Assembly (NCBI GenBank): GCA_020184695.1
Contig: JAANOX010000128.1
Location: 186,001 to 250,000 of the forward strand
DNA length: 64,000 nt
From: Histomonas meleagridis 2922-C6/04-290x
Lineage: Eukaryota > Protista > Parabasalia
Direction of reading: 5' to 3'
The translations under genes and the position numbers were made by a program. Below the pieces are notes generated by a model. It was not told where the DNA came from, searched no databases, and saw only the letters and a list, made by a program, of their open reading frames with translations. Position 1 is the first letter of the stretch, and the number at the start of each line of letters is the position of its first letter. Positions 28,478 through 40,057 of the stretch are shown piece by piece.

Positions 28478-30968
28478 CTAGAATTTTTCGATTTGAGAAT
28501 TTAATAGGTCAAATATTTCTTTGTGACCTTTATAAGATGCTCTAATAAGTGCTGTTTCAAATAATTTAAGTAATTTCCAAATATTATTTTGAAATCCAAA
28601 AATATTAAAATAAATATTAAATAAAACAAATAAATATCTTTATCATTAACATCAATTTCTTCTTTTTAAGAAGTAATTTAACTATTTTTGTATGACCATT
28701 TGAAAATGCTTTCATAAGTGATGTATTAAATTTTTGTAATAATTTCCAAATTTTATTTTGAAATATAATAAAATTATTAAAATAAATTCTAAATAAAACA
28801 AATAAAAATCTTTAGCATTAATATCAATTCCTTCTTGTTCAAGAAGTAATTTAACGATTTCTGTATATCCATAATAAGATGCCCATATAAGTGCTGTTTT
28901 AAATAATTTAAATAATTTCCAAATATTATTTTGAAATATAAAATTATTAAAATAAATTCTAAATAAAACAAATAAATATCTTTAGCATTAATGTTAATTC
29001 CTTTTTGTTCAAGAAGTAACTTAACCATTTCAAAATATCTATTTAAAACTGCTCTAATAAGTGGAGTTTGAAATAACTTGATTAAATTCCGAATATTGTT
29101 TTTAAATTGCAAATTGTTGAAATATATATTAAAGAAGACAAATAAACATCTTTAACATTAATATTAATTTTTTCTTGTGCAAGAAGTAATTTCACCATTT
29201 CGATGTGATTTTTTTCAGTTTCAAAATATAATATTGATTTAAATTTTGAAAATAATTACCTAATACAAATTTAAAATATCAATTTATTGTAATAAACATA
29301 AAATAAACAAAAACAATGTTGATATTATTAATGTTCTCTTCTTTTTTAAGAAGTATTTTAAATATTTCAGTTTGATCATTTCGAGATGCCAAAAAAAGTG
29401 CGGTATCAAATATAACAATTAAATTCCAGATTTCTGATTAAAACCCAAAATTTTTAATATCAATTTTGTGTAATACAAACGAATATCTTTTAATTTTAAG
29501 TTAATTCCTTCTTGTTCTATAAGAAATTGAACAATTCCTATATAACCTTTTATAGTTGCTATCATTAAAGATGTTCTAAATAATTTTATAAAATTCCAAA
29601 TATTATTTTAAAATATCAAAACATTAAAACATATTTTAATACAAACAAATTAATATTTTTAGCATTAATATCAATCCCTTCTTGTTTAATAATATATTGA
29701 ACAAGTTCAATATTTCCTGATTTTAATGCAAAAACTAAAATGTTTTTCGGAATTTGATTATGATCAAGAAAATATTCGACAAGATATAAATAACCTGTTT
29801 TCGCTGATACATTAATTATATATTCATCGAATTTGATTTCTTCTTCTAAAAATGAAAGAATTCCATAAATGCCAATATTAATACATTGATAAATTTGTTC
29901 TTGGAATTTAATATCAGATAATGTTTTGTTACTTATATTATATCCAAAGTTTTTAAATGGAATTTTGTTTGTACTTACATATGTTAATAAATGTTGTTGA
30001 TTGTTTTGATCTAATTTTTCGATTTTGTTTTCATAAATATATTTAAAGATATCATTTCGATGAAATTTAATTGCTATTTCATAAACACTGTTAAATGTCG
30101 AATGATTTTGTTCACATAAATGAATAATTTCAAGATTTCCACCTGCAATTGCATATTTTCCTGTGCTTTCGACTTTTGCGTTGTTCAATAATAAATATTT
30201 AAAACATTGAATTGCTCCAAAAAATGCTGCAAAATCAATTAATGTAACATTTTCTTTGTTAATAAATGAATATCTTTCATAAAGTGATGGTTTAATGATT
30301 TGATTAAAATCGAAATCTTCTTGTGTTGATATTTCTTGAAGTTTCTCTATATCATCATTTCGAATGATTTTTGATATTTCATTCGGATTAACTCCTTCTT
30401 TAACTAATTGCTTATGAAGTTCCCAATCATTCTTTGATAATTTTTCATAATTATTTTTAAATTCTTTATTTAATGGATCTTTAGAATCGTTTTTCTTGTT
30501 TTCTTCTTCAGTTTTATAATGTGAAAAATAATTGGTATTAAAGTTTTTGGTAATATTTATATTAATTAATTCTTTTTCAATCATTTTTTCAATGATATAA
30601 TATGTTTCCTGTGTATTAAATTCTGATATATAATTAGTAAATATTTCAATAATTTTTGGATTGTTGTGAAATATTGCTTCTTCTTGTGTTTGAATTTCTT
30701 GTAAATAATTGAAATATGTTTGGATTGATTCTCTTTAAGATGAAAATGCTGAATAAATTATAACAATTATACAATGATTAAATGTAAAAGGAAAATCTTT
30801 ATCAAATAAATTCATTGTTTTTGCAACGCAAATTTCAAAGTTTTTTTCTGTAAGATTAAATATAACCTGTTCTAAAGAAATCAATCTTTGCATATATATC
30901 AATTGGCTTTTGATCGATGTATTATTTGCTTCATTTCCTGGTTCAAGTGTTTGTGTGCTTTCGATCAT
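28478..30968 (-). CDS. DUF3447-type/ankyrin locus A, 7 spacer-interrupted hairpin cassettes; in-frame TAA and a 1-nt deletion (possible pseudogene)
   Basis: N-terminal family motifs (ISKIIRNDDIEKLQEIS, TLIDFAAFFGAIQCFKYLL, GKYAIAGGNLEIIHLCEQ) then ankyrin cores separated by 80-83-nt cassettes. TAA at 30735-30737 is in frame with the next ORF; core 28636-28724 is 89 nt. Confidence 0.85.
28556..29654 (-). other. 17-nt spacer/single-codon cassette array, locus A
   Basis: Cassettes (decoded): 29575-29654 KDGR, 29405-29484 KWGD, 29238-29317 YDGK, 29068-29147 NAGQ, 28898-28977 RYGK, 28725-28807 RYYGN (83 nt), 28556-28635 NWGE. Confidence 0.92.
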
Positions 30969-31421
30969 TGAAATGTAACTTTGATTTCAAATAAACGATA
31001 TGTATCGTCCTCCTGAAAGATATTTTTTGAAAAGTGATTGGAACAGTTTACATTCTTCATATTATGATTTTGATGTTATTTTTCTTCAAAACAAAATCAA
31101 ATCCAAAGATATCAACAAAATTTCAGAGAACACATTAAGTTGAAAAAACAAAAACTAACATATTTGCAAAATCTCTCAAGATAAAAATTAATCAAATTTC
31201 ACAAAAACATCTCGAATAATGAAAAGCAAAGATAATTTAATTCTCAGTATAGCAACTATTAGAATACTACTATTAAATAATTATTTTTAGCGGGTTTGCT
31301 ATAATATATTGTCGAAGACTAAAAAATTTAGAAAGAAATAAAAACGTAAACTCAGATAACCCAGTACAAATGAGTTTGGTAGCATTTGCGATTATTTTCG
31401 TAACAATAAAAATTATTTATC

Positions 31422-32264
31422 ATGAGGTTAGTTAAGTGGTATATATCTAAAAGGCTCAATAATTTCCAGATTAGATATTTTGTTTGTTACTATTCTTTTA
31501 TTCTTGGACTTACATTTCAAGGTCCATATGTATATCAAAGATACTTAGATTGTGATTTCAAGAGTTCTCAAATTAGCATTGTGATGTCAACATGTATGTT
31601 TTTCATTTCTTCGTTAATAATTTATTTCTTTTTACCTGAAACTAAAAACATAGAAATCAAAACACGTAAACAAAGTTACTTACATACAGTTAAACTTATT
31701 TTTCATCATATCCAACAATCGAAAGAATTGGCGCTTGTAATACTTATCGATTTTCTTTATAATACATTTGTTTTATTATATACTCTGCGTTGGTTACGAA
31801 TTCATCAAGGAGATAAAAAGGAAAAACTTCGGTTGTCACAAATGAATACTGCAAGTAGTTTAGCGCTTATGAATGGAGCTCATATATTAGGTGTTTTTTC
31901 AAACGTGTTGTTACAGAAAAATATTTTGTTTATTTGTTTTCTTTTTGATACGTTTTGTATGTATGGAATTATGATCTTTTTTGTAAATAAAAATCTTGTT
32001 TTCGCATGTTATGTAATCGCTGTGATATGTGATGGGGGCGCAGGAACTTTCATGCGTATACTTCAGTCTAATACTTACCCGAAAGATGAGCGTGGTTATA
32101 TCTTGGGATTGTTGAGAGTTCCAACTTCGGCATGCGTGTCGATAATATTGGTGTCATTAAAAGATGCTGACGTGATAGCAATATTTAAGGTGGCAAATGT
32201 GTTCATTTCGTTGGTTACTTTACTGACATATTTGATATTAGATATTTGGTTGAGATTTCTTTAA
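31422..32264 (+). pseudogene. MFS transporter (MFSD5/MOT2-like), apparently internally deleted
   Basis: YYSFILGLTFQGPYVYQRY resembles the MFSD5 N-terminal motif; jumps to YFFLPE and the C-terminal half (ERGYILGLLRVP); upstream ATG near 31370 is out of frame. Confidence 0.55.
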
Positions 32265-32275
32265 TGACCAAACAG

Positions 32276-33122
32276 TTATAGAAAGATATCTTTAGAAGTT
32301 GTATTTAAATATTTCGTTGAAGACACAATTATACTATGTGACAATAAATTTTGTCTTTTCGAGTTAATTAGTTTAACATTAATGTTATAATCATTAATTT
32401 GGTATATTCTAATGATTGAATCTATTGAAGAAGTTTCAAAGAATAATTTCTTTTCTTTACAATAAGAAAATGATTTTTCGATAAGTAAATCATATTTATA
32501 CATTGATTTAATTTTGATTCTATTATGTTATTATAATTTAAATTTCCATCTTCAGTAACTATAATTATATTATCATTTTTACTTTTGATGAAAATTGGTT
32601 TCAAATTTAATTCATATTGTATAAATCATAACTCTTCAAATTTAATATATTTAAATATAACAAATTTGTTTTCTCACGTGAAGGATGCTGAGTTTTAAAT
32701 AATTGATTTGGTATAACACCAAATAATGCAATTGTTTACATTGTTGAAGTTTATTTTGATCATACTGGAATAGAAGAAAAGATTCGAATTTATTGTATCG
32801 CATTTTTATATTAATTGTAGTATAAGGTTTTAAACGTAATAAATAATATATAACAAAATATGAATCAGAATAATGTACTTCATATAAGAATTTGTTTTCT
32901 TCATCCATTTCTTTAACTAATTCTAATAAATGTTCTAATTGTTCATCATTTAATGCTCCAATTGGTTTTCTTATATCTCGATAAACATTTGGATTATTTA
33001 AATAAATTGTTTTACTTGTATAACATTTAAGACCCGAGGGAAGATTTGATATTGCGTTAAATCATTAAAACTTCGGCCAGAGAATAAATTTACTATATAT
33101 ATTCACAACTTGATATTTTCCC
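32276..33122 (-). pseudogene. BEACH-domain gene relic
   Basis: Frameshifted pieces WKISSCEY..LFSGRSFNDLTQYQIFP, VYRDIRKPIGALN, HYSDSYFVIYYLLRLKPYTT match BEACH motifs; broken across several short ORFs. Confidence 0.8.
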
Positions 33123-33861
33123 AATTAATTAATCTTCTGTTAAATTTGATTCTTCATTCAATGAATAATTATTATTAACAAAAAAAATTATATAAATTAA
33201 TATTGACTATTATTAGTTATATTTGAACTTCTGTTTTTCATTCTAAAGTCCAAAAAAGACTTTTGAAATTTTTGAGATTTCTCACAAAAAAATAAGATAA
33301 CAAAATTTGGTTAAGATAATTTTATTGAATAGAATATATATACTTATTTATTTATATTTCTTTAAATTTAGTTCAGTGGAGAATGAAAAAAAAAATGATT
33401 TTCTGATTTGAAACGACCGTTTATTTGGTTAACAGTGTTTTGTTTCAAACTTGATAAAACAGAACACATTTCTCAGGCTGTGGTTTTGTTAGCATGTGTG
33501 GGCTTTATATGTTTAAAGAGAAATTATCTGAAAGAATTTCGAAGCGTATAGTGCACACTGCCATACGTTTGGTTATGAAGAAGCTATATTGAATATTGAC
33601 GTCTTTGTAAATCTTTCTAGGTTACGTGCACAATGATTTAGGGATTTTTGTTCTTGTTGTTAGAATTCAAGACAAAGTATTGTGGAATATTACTTCGTAA
33701 ATGACTTCTTGTGATAACATTTGAAAATGCAACAAATTCATCTTTGTATCGACTCCATTTTTTGAATATGAAAACCGATCAAAAAACATGTAAACTTTTG
33801 TTTGTAGCAACTCGAAAAATTTTCTCAAAAATTAAATGCAAGGATTCAATTATTTTTAATA

Positions 33862-34740
33862 ATGTCAACTATAAACACAAGTTATTCCAATAAAGAACTT
33901 GAAACTCAATCAACTGTGCAAAATGACGATGATAATCAAATCACTTCAAATGCCCAACCATTGCTTCCAGTAGATGGGTTTCCGTCAGCCACAGATAACA
34001 ATCAAAATAATACCAAAATCTTACCGAAAAATATAAATATTCAAATAAACAGGATAAAACACACATTGCCCAGGTACTCAACCAAACGAGACCTTGGGAA
34101 AACATTTTTTGATAATCCAAAATCTCGAATGAATTTATATCCTTTCCAACGATTAAACCTTCGTGATTACAAGCTACCCTTTGAAGATGACTTAAAGCAA
34201 CTAAAAAGCGAGTGTGTACTTACTCCAGTTATGATTTATGAATATAGATTATTTGATAGCATCATACATCTACACAGTATTGGTATTAATGACTTTTTTG
34301 GTGGTGCTAGGATTGTGACGTTTAGACGTTTTTATGATGGGTTTTTACGACAAAAATGTAGAAAAACAAATATGTTTACCAAAAAACTTTATGCAGTTCT
34401 AAAAATATGTTCTTACTGCCCCGACCTTTATCCACTGTTAGGGGCTATATGGGTATCTGACTTTTATTTCAAGGTTAATTCGACAACATTTGGTATGGCA
34501 TTAAACACCGTTGGAGGTAGGACGAATTCTGCAATATTTAACAACTGTGGACTATTCAACAAGCACGGGTTTGTTGAAGTATTGAAGAAAGAAGTCGTCG
34601 ATACTATTGAGCCAGAAAAATTAGAAGATGTGAATGATTTAAATGTACGAATAATTACTGATCCAGAACATAAATTTGGAAAAGACTCTCTAATAGATGA
34701 ATTGTTTTCAGAAAGGTTCAATTTTAGGAAGAAAGTTTAA
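33862..34740 (+). CDS. Initiator-binding-domain (IBP39/IBD-like) protein
   Basis: FTKKLYAVLKI...LLGAIWVSDFYFKVN...SAIFNNCGLFNKHGFVEV resembles the parabasalid IBD family pattern. Confidence 0.65.
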   Translation: MSTINTSYSNKELETQSTVQNDDDNQITSNAQPLLPVDGFPSATDNNQNNTKILPKNINIQINRIKHTLPRYSTKRDLGKTFFDNPKSRMNLYPFQRLNLRDYKLPFEDDLKQLKSECVLTPVMIYEYRLFDSIIHLHSIGINDFFGGARIVTFRRFYDGFLRQKCRKTNMFTKKLYAVLKICSYCPDLYPLLGAIWVSDFYFKVNSTTFGMALNTVGGRTNSAIFNNCGLFNKHGFVEVLKKEVVDTIEPEKLEDVNDLNVRIITDPEHKFGKDSLIDELFSERFNFRKKV

Positions 34741-35067
34741 ATGAAAGCTTCTTTCCAAAAAACTCATATAACGGTTTTATTGAATTATAATAAACCATTC
34801 AATTCAATAACGTTCTCTTATCTTTTTGTTTGGTCAAAATTCAATGCTCAAAACTGAAAGAGACCGTTAAGAAGCACTTTATTAGGGAGAGGGGAATTGG
34901 TAATACATGTCTATTATTGACTTACATGCAAGGAACTTTTCTAAGAGAGTATATTCCAATATGTTTTGATATATTTAATAAGAGTTATTCAATTAATTTT
35001 ATGATGATAGTAATTATGAATTAACTAACAAATCATATTCAATGTATATAAAGAAAAAAACTAATTG

Positions 35068-35215
35068 TTTGATTTAAACATAATCAAACCATCAATTTAT
35101 GAAAGATATTATTCATAATGTTACGTTAATTGTCTATTTTTTGGTTCAATCAAATGTTTTATATATTCACTTATGAATGGTGCTAATATAGAAAACACAG
35201 GCAAATACGCAATCT
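35068..35215 (+). pseudogene. Inverted fragment of a DUF3447-type N-terminal domain
   Basis: aaaccatcaatttatgaaagatatt...aatgttacgttaatt...ttttttggttcaatcaaatgttt...gaaaacacaggcaaatacgcaat is colinear with the same segment of loci A/B but on the opposite strand, with small deletions. Confidence 0.75.
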
Positions 35216-35372
35216 CAAAAAAATAATTAAATAATGTTTACATAAAGGATATTCCTTATATTTTTATATATTTCAGAAAAATATTTTTGTTTTGTTTGAA
35301 TACTTTATTTCATTTTTCAATAGAATGAACCGTATTTAAATTTTATTTCAGCTTTCAGAACTTGTTTGGTTT

Positions 35373-38331
35373 CTACCATCTTTTTCTTGTGTTTCCCCTT
35401 GTTCTTGCACTTGTAATATCAATTCCTTCTTGTTCATTAAATAATTTAACAATTTCTTTCTGACGGTTATAATATGCTTTTTGAAGTGCTGTTATAAATA
35501 ACTTAAATGATTCCCAAATATCGTTTTGAAAATTTAAATTATTAAAATAAAATTTAAACAAAGCAAATAAATATCTTTAGCATTAATATCAATTCCTTCT
35601 TGTTCAAGAAGTAATTTAACGATTTCTGTATATCCATAATAAGATGCCCATATAAGTGCTGTCCAAAAAAATTTAAATAATTTCCAGATATTATTTTGAA
35701 ATCCAAAATTATTAAAATAATTTTTAAATAAAACAAATAAATATTTTTAGCATTAATATCAATTCCTTTTTGTTCAAGAAGTAATTTAACTATTTCTGAT
35801 TTAGATGCATTCATAAGTGCTGTTCTAAATAATTTAAACAATTTCCAAATATTACTTTGAAATAATAAATTATTAAAATAAATTTCAAATGAAACAAATA
35901 AATATCTTTTGCATTAATATCAATTCCTTCTTGTTGAAGAAGTAATTTAACTATTTCTGTATAGCTATTTTCTGCTGCCATGATAAGTGCTGTATTATAT
36001 AATATCAATAATTTTCAAATCTTAATTTCAAATAAAAAATTATTATAAAAAATACAAAATAAAACAAATAAATATCCTTAGCATTTACATCGGTTCCTTT
36101 TTGTTCAAGAAGTGATTTAACTATTTCAATATAACCATTACAAGATGCTACAAAAAGTACTGATCTAAATCATATAAATAATTTCCAAATATTATTAGAA
36201 AATACCAAATTATTAAAATAAACACAAAATAAAACAAATAAATATCTTTAGCATTAATATCAATTCCTTTTTGTTCAAGAAATAATTTAACTATTTTTAT
36301 ATTACCTTTTTCAGATGCATACATAAGTGCTGTTTTAAATATTTTAAATAATTTCCAAATATTATTTTGAAATTTCAAATTATTATAAAAATTACAAAAT
36401 AAAACAAATAAATATCTTTTGCATTAATATCAATTCCTTTTTGTTCAAGAAGTATTTTAACTATTTCTATATAGCTATTTTCTGCTGCCATGATAAGTGC
36501 TGTATTATATAATATCAATAATTTTCAAATCTTAATTTCAAATAAAAAATTATTATAAAAAATACAAAATAAAACAAATAAATATCTTTTGCATTAATAT
36601 CAATTCCTTCTTGTTCAAGAAGTAATTTTACTATTTCTATATTTCCTTGATCAGATGCAATCATAAGTGATGTATTAAATATTATAAGTAGTTTCCAAAT
36701 ATTGATAAAAAATATCAAATTAATAAAATAAATATCAAATAAAACAAATAAATATCTTTTGCATTAATATCAATTTTTTCTTGTTCAAGAAGTAATTTAA
36801 CTATTTCTATATTTCCATGATCAGATGCAATCATAAGTGCTGTCCAAAATAACTCAAATAATTCTCAAATATTATTTTGAAATTTCAAATTATTAAAGTA
36901 AATTTCAATTAAAACAAATAAATATCTTTTGCATTAATATCGATTCCTTCTTGTTCAAGAAGTAATTTAACTATTTCTATATTTCCTTTTTCAGAAGCAT
37001 ATATAAGTGCTGTTCTAAATAATTTAAACAATTTCCAAATATTACTTTGAAATAATAAATTATTAAAATAAATTTCAAATGAAACAAATAAATATCTTTT
37101 GCATTAATATCAATTCCTTCTTGTTGAAGAAGTAATTTAACTATTTCTGTATGATCATTTTCTGATTCTCTAATAAGTAATGTTTTAAATAATTTAAATA
37201 ATTTCCTAATATTATTTTGAAATCCAAAATTATTAAAATAAAGACTATTCATAGCAAATAAATATATTTCAAATTTACATCAATTATTTTTTGTTCAAGC
37301 AAAAAATCAAATATTTTAAAATTCATAAATTTATAAGAAAAAATTAAATCAATAATTTTTTCGACAGAATTTTTGATTTCAACAATTTTGTTTTCATAAA
37401 GAAAGTGAAAAACATCATTTCGATGAAACTCAAATGCTGCTTTATATGCACCTTCAAATGATGAATGATTTTGTTCACATAAATGAATAATTTCTTCATT
37501 TCCACCTGCAACTGCATATTTACCTGTGTTTGATACATTTGCATTGTTCATAAGTAAATATTTAAAACATTTAATTGATCCAAAAAATGCTGCATAATCA
37601 ATTAATGTAACATTTTTTTTGTTAATAAATGAACATCTTTCATAAAGCGATGGTTCAATGATTTGATTAAAATCAAAATTTGCTTGTGATGATATTTCTT
37701 GAAGTTTTTCGATTTCATCATTTCGAATTATCTTTGCAATTTCACTTGGATTATGTCCTTCTTTAATTAATTTTTTATGTAATTCCCAATCATTCTTTGA
37801 AAGTTCTTCATAATTTACAAAAAGTTCGCTGTAATTTTTATAGAAGGCATCACTATTTTCACCTAAGTAATTTATTTTTTTGTGTTCTTCTTCTGTTTTA
37901 TAATGCGCAAAATATTTTGAATTTTTGTTTTGAATCACATCTTTATCAATTAAATTATTTTCAATCATTCTTTCAATAAGATAATATGCTTCGGATGCGT
38001 TAATACTAAGAAGAAAATCTCGAAACGTATTAATCAATTCATAATTACTTTGATTAATTTCGTTTTCTTTGCTTATTATTTGCTTCATGAAATCAATATA
38101 TATGTCAAAATCTTTCATTTTTGAAAAAATTGCGGAATATATCAATCGACTTAGAACCAATGTTGAATATGATGATATCTCTTTGTTATTTATTAAATTT
38201 ATGGTCGTTTTTACAGAATCAATAATGTTATCTTCACTTAGATCAAAAATAATTTCTTCCAGATCTTCTAATTTTTGCGTAATCTTTGTAAAACAATTAT
38301 CTGATTGATTAAGAGTTGTATTATTTTCCAT
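35373..38331 (-). CDS. DUF3447-type/ankyrin locus B, 11 spacer-interrupted cassettes; intact 736-aa ORF after removing 44 x 17 nt
   Basis: ATG at 38331; 2959 nt - 748 nt = 2211 nt = 737 codons including stop. All internal cores are 90 or 81 nt and stop-free. Confidence 0.9.
35493..37263 (-). other. 17-nt spacer/single-codon cassette array, locus B (170-bp period)
   Basis: All 80 nt: 37184-37263 SWGK, 37014-37093 EIGR, 36844-36923 EEEW, 36674-36753 DDGN, 36504-36583 CFEN, 36334-36413 CEGK, 36164-36243 CGGR, 35994-36073 CFEN, 35824-35903 EIGR, 35663-35742 KWGW, 35493-35572 KKGI. Confidence 0.95.
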
Positions 38332-39205
38332 TGTGGCCAAATCTTAGATTTATATATCGGTGAATTCAAAATTCTATCGTAAACGCATAGCCGAGATCAC
38401 TTTTCACATCACAATTCATATTACAAACACAAAAGTGCTACTATTTACCTTGAACAGAAGCGAAAAAAACACCCAAAAAATGAACCTTATCCTTAATAAA
38501 ATCAAGCCAAATTTTTTCTATGTTACAGAGGTACCATAATAAATATAATTTTGTATTTTATTTTATCAAAAATTGAAATCGCAAATTTATTGATTTTTTC
38601 GAAATTCTCAAAATATTGAAATATTTTTATTATAATTGAATATTTTTGGTTCATTTATTATCAAATAATAGTAAAGTTAAAATAGAATTGTTTTTATATA
38701 GAATTTTACACCATGTTTAATTTTTTTCATATGATATTATTTCTATTTGTTACAAAAAATTCCACAATGGTATTTTAAAATTTGAAGTACTATTAAATAG
38801 AATACAATCAATATTTTGTATTTATAAATATTTTATCGAAATTCTTTTGTACATTTTAGAGAAATTTTCCATATAAGCAACAACAAATTTCAATATAATG
38901 ATGTGACATGTGAATTGAAAAATATTTTTAAACATCACAAAAACATGAAAAAAAGATTTAAATGAAATTAATGCATACTCTTTATAATAAGAATCAGAAT
39001 AATTTTGATCATTCAATAAAGTTATCCATTAAAATAATGCATTTCAATAAAGAAATGCAATTATTTTAAATTTTGATAAAAATAGAAAATAAATTGAATT
39101 TAATGTGATTACATCAGCAACTTCAAATCAGAAACATATATTGAATAATTTTTACAAAAAACGATTATGTTATATCAACAAAAATGAACAAAAGGTTGTG
39201 GCAAC

Positions 39206-39559
39206 ATGTTGAAAGATCACATTGACATACCACCAGAACTCCGAATTTATGATGCTGCATTTTCTAACGATCTCAAAACTAAAGAAATCGAATCTTTATT
39301 TAACCCAATCGATAGTACTAACTATTATACTTCTGCATTACTTTTCGCTCGATATACTCCGATTTCAAATTCGGCAAAACATATGAATCCTGAAGTTGTT
39401 CAATCAATTAGGAAAATGATCGAAGCGCCGCCATCGCTAACAGCAGCATATGTTCCAAGTTCAGAAATTGATCAATCACTTATAGATTCGATTCATGAAA
39501 TGATCGAACATAATCAAATTAATGATTTGTTGAAAGTAATTCCTAATCGAATCATTTGA
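39206..39559 (+). CDS. Hypothetical protein (117 aa)
   Basis: ATG-started ORF with higher GC than flanks; no recognised motif. Confidence 0.55.
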   Translation: MLKDHIDIPPELRIYDAAFSNDLKTKEIESLFNPIDSTNYYTSALLFARYTPISNSAKHMNPEVVQSIRKMIEAPPSLTAAYVPSSEIDQSLIDSIHEMIEHNQINDLLKVIPNRII

Positions 39560-39759
39560 CATTGTTTTTATTTTTGTAATAAAATTTGATTTTGTTTTAT
39601 TTTTATTGATATTTTCTTAAATCCTAAAACATCAGATAAAAAATATTTCGAATTATATCAATTTGTTACATATTTGCTTTAACCAATTTAATGAAAATCG
39701 TATTGTTGTTCATTATTTTAAGTCGGCAAAGTTTATAAAGGACTTTGGGCAATGCAAAT

Positions 39760-39867
39760 TATCCAATTGGTGATGTTATTTCTGGTCAGGTAGCATCAAC
39801 TAGTGAAACTTTAAATATTTCTAATGTTTATGATGATCCACGATTTAATTACCAGTATTTTTCATAG
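39760..39867 (+). pseudogene. GAF-domain fragment
   Basis: YPIGDVISGQVASTSETLNISNVYDDPRFN parallels [29 protein letters not shown] of the GAF-PDE in this window; no start codon, early stop. Confidence 0.7.
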
Positions 39868-40057
39868 CATTTATATCAAATCAGATTGGTTGAATTTTTG
39901 TTTTAACTCAAATTGATATAATTAAGATAATAATTTTCTTCAATTTAAATTGTGGATTTTTTCATATTATTTTCAAGAAAAATAAATTTATTCGCATTTA
40001 GATGTTTTATTATATTTAAAAATTTAAAGAAAGATGATTGGAAAAAAGTTTCTTTAT

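Noticed and set aside
35493-37263. CRISPR-like repeat/spacer array
   Set aside because: Eukaryotic context, the conserved part is protein-coding ankyrin sequence, and there are no cas genes.
35493-37263. Single GT-AG or AT-AC intron per repeat
   Set aside because: No conserved GT/AG or ACTAAC motif; AT...AC excision (84 nt) breaks the frame; one 68-nt excision cannot supply the Gly codon fixed at cassette positions 58-60.
35493-37263. Single programmed frameshift with read-through of the cassette
   Set aside because: Both frames contain TAA/TGA in several cassettes, the added residues would disrupt the hairpin, and 60/61/81-nt cassettes have different phase.
35493-37263. Alternative genetic code (stop reassignment) explaining the broken ankyrin ORFs
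   Set aside because: Ordinary genes here end in TAA/TGA and long ORFs have no internal stops; the cassettes also shift frame.
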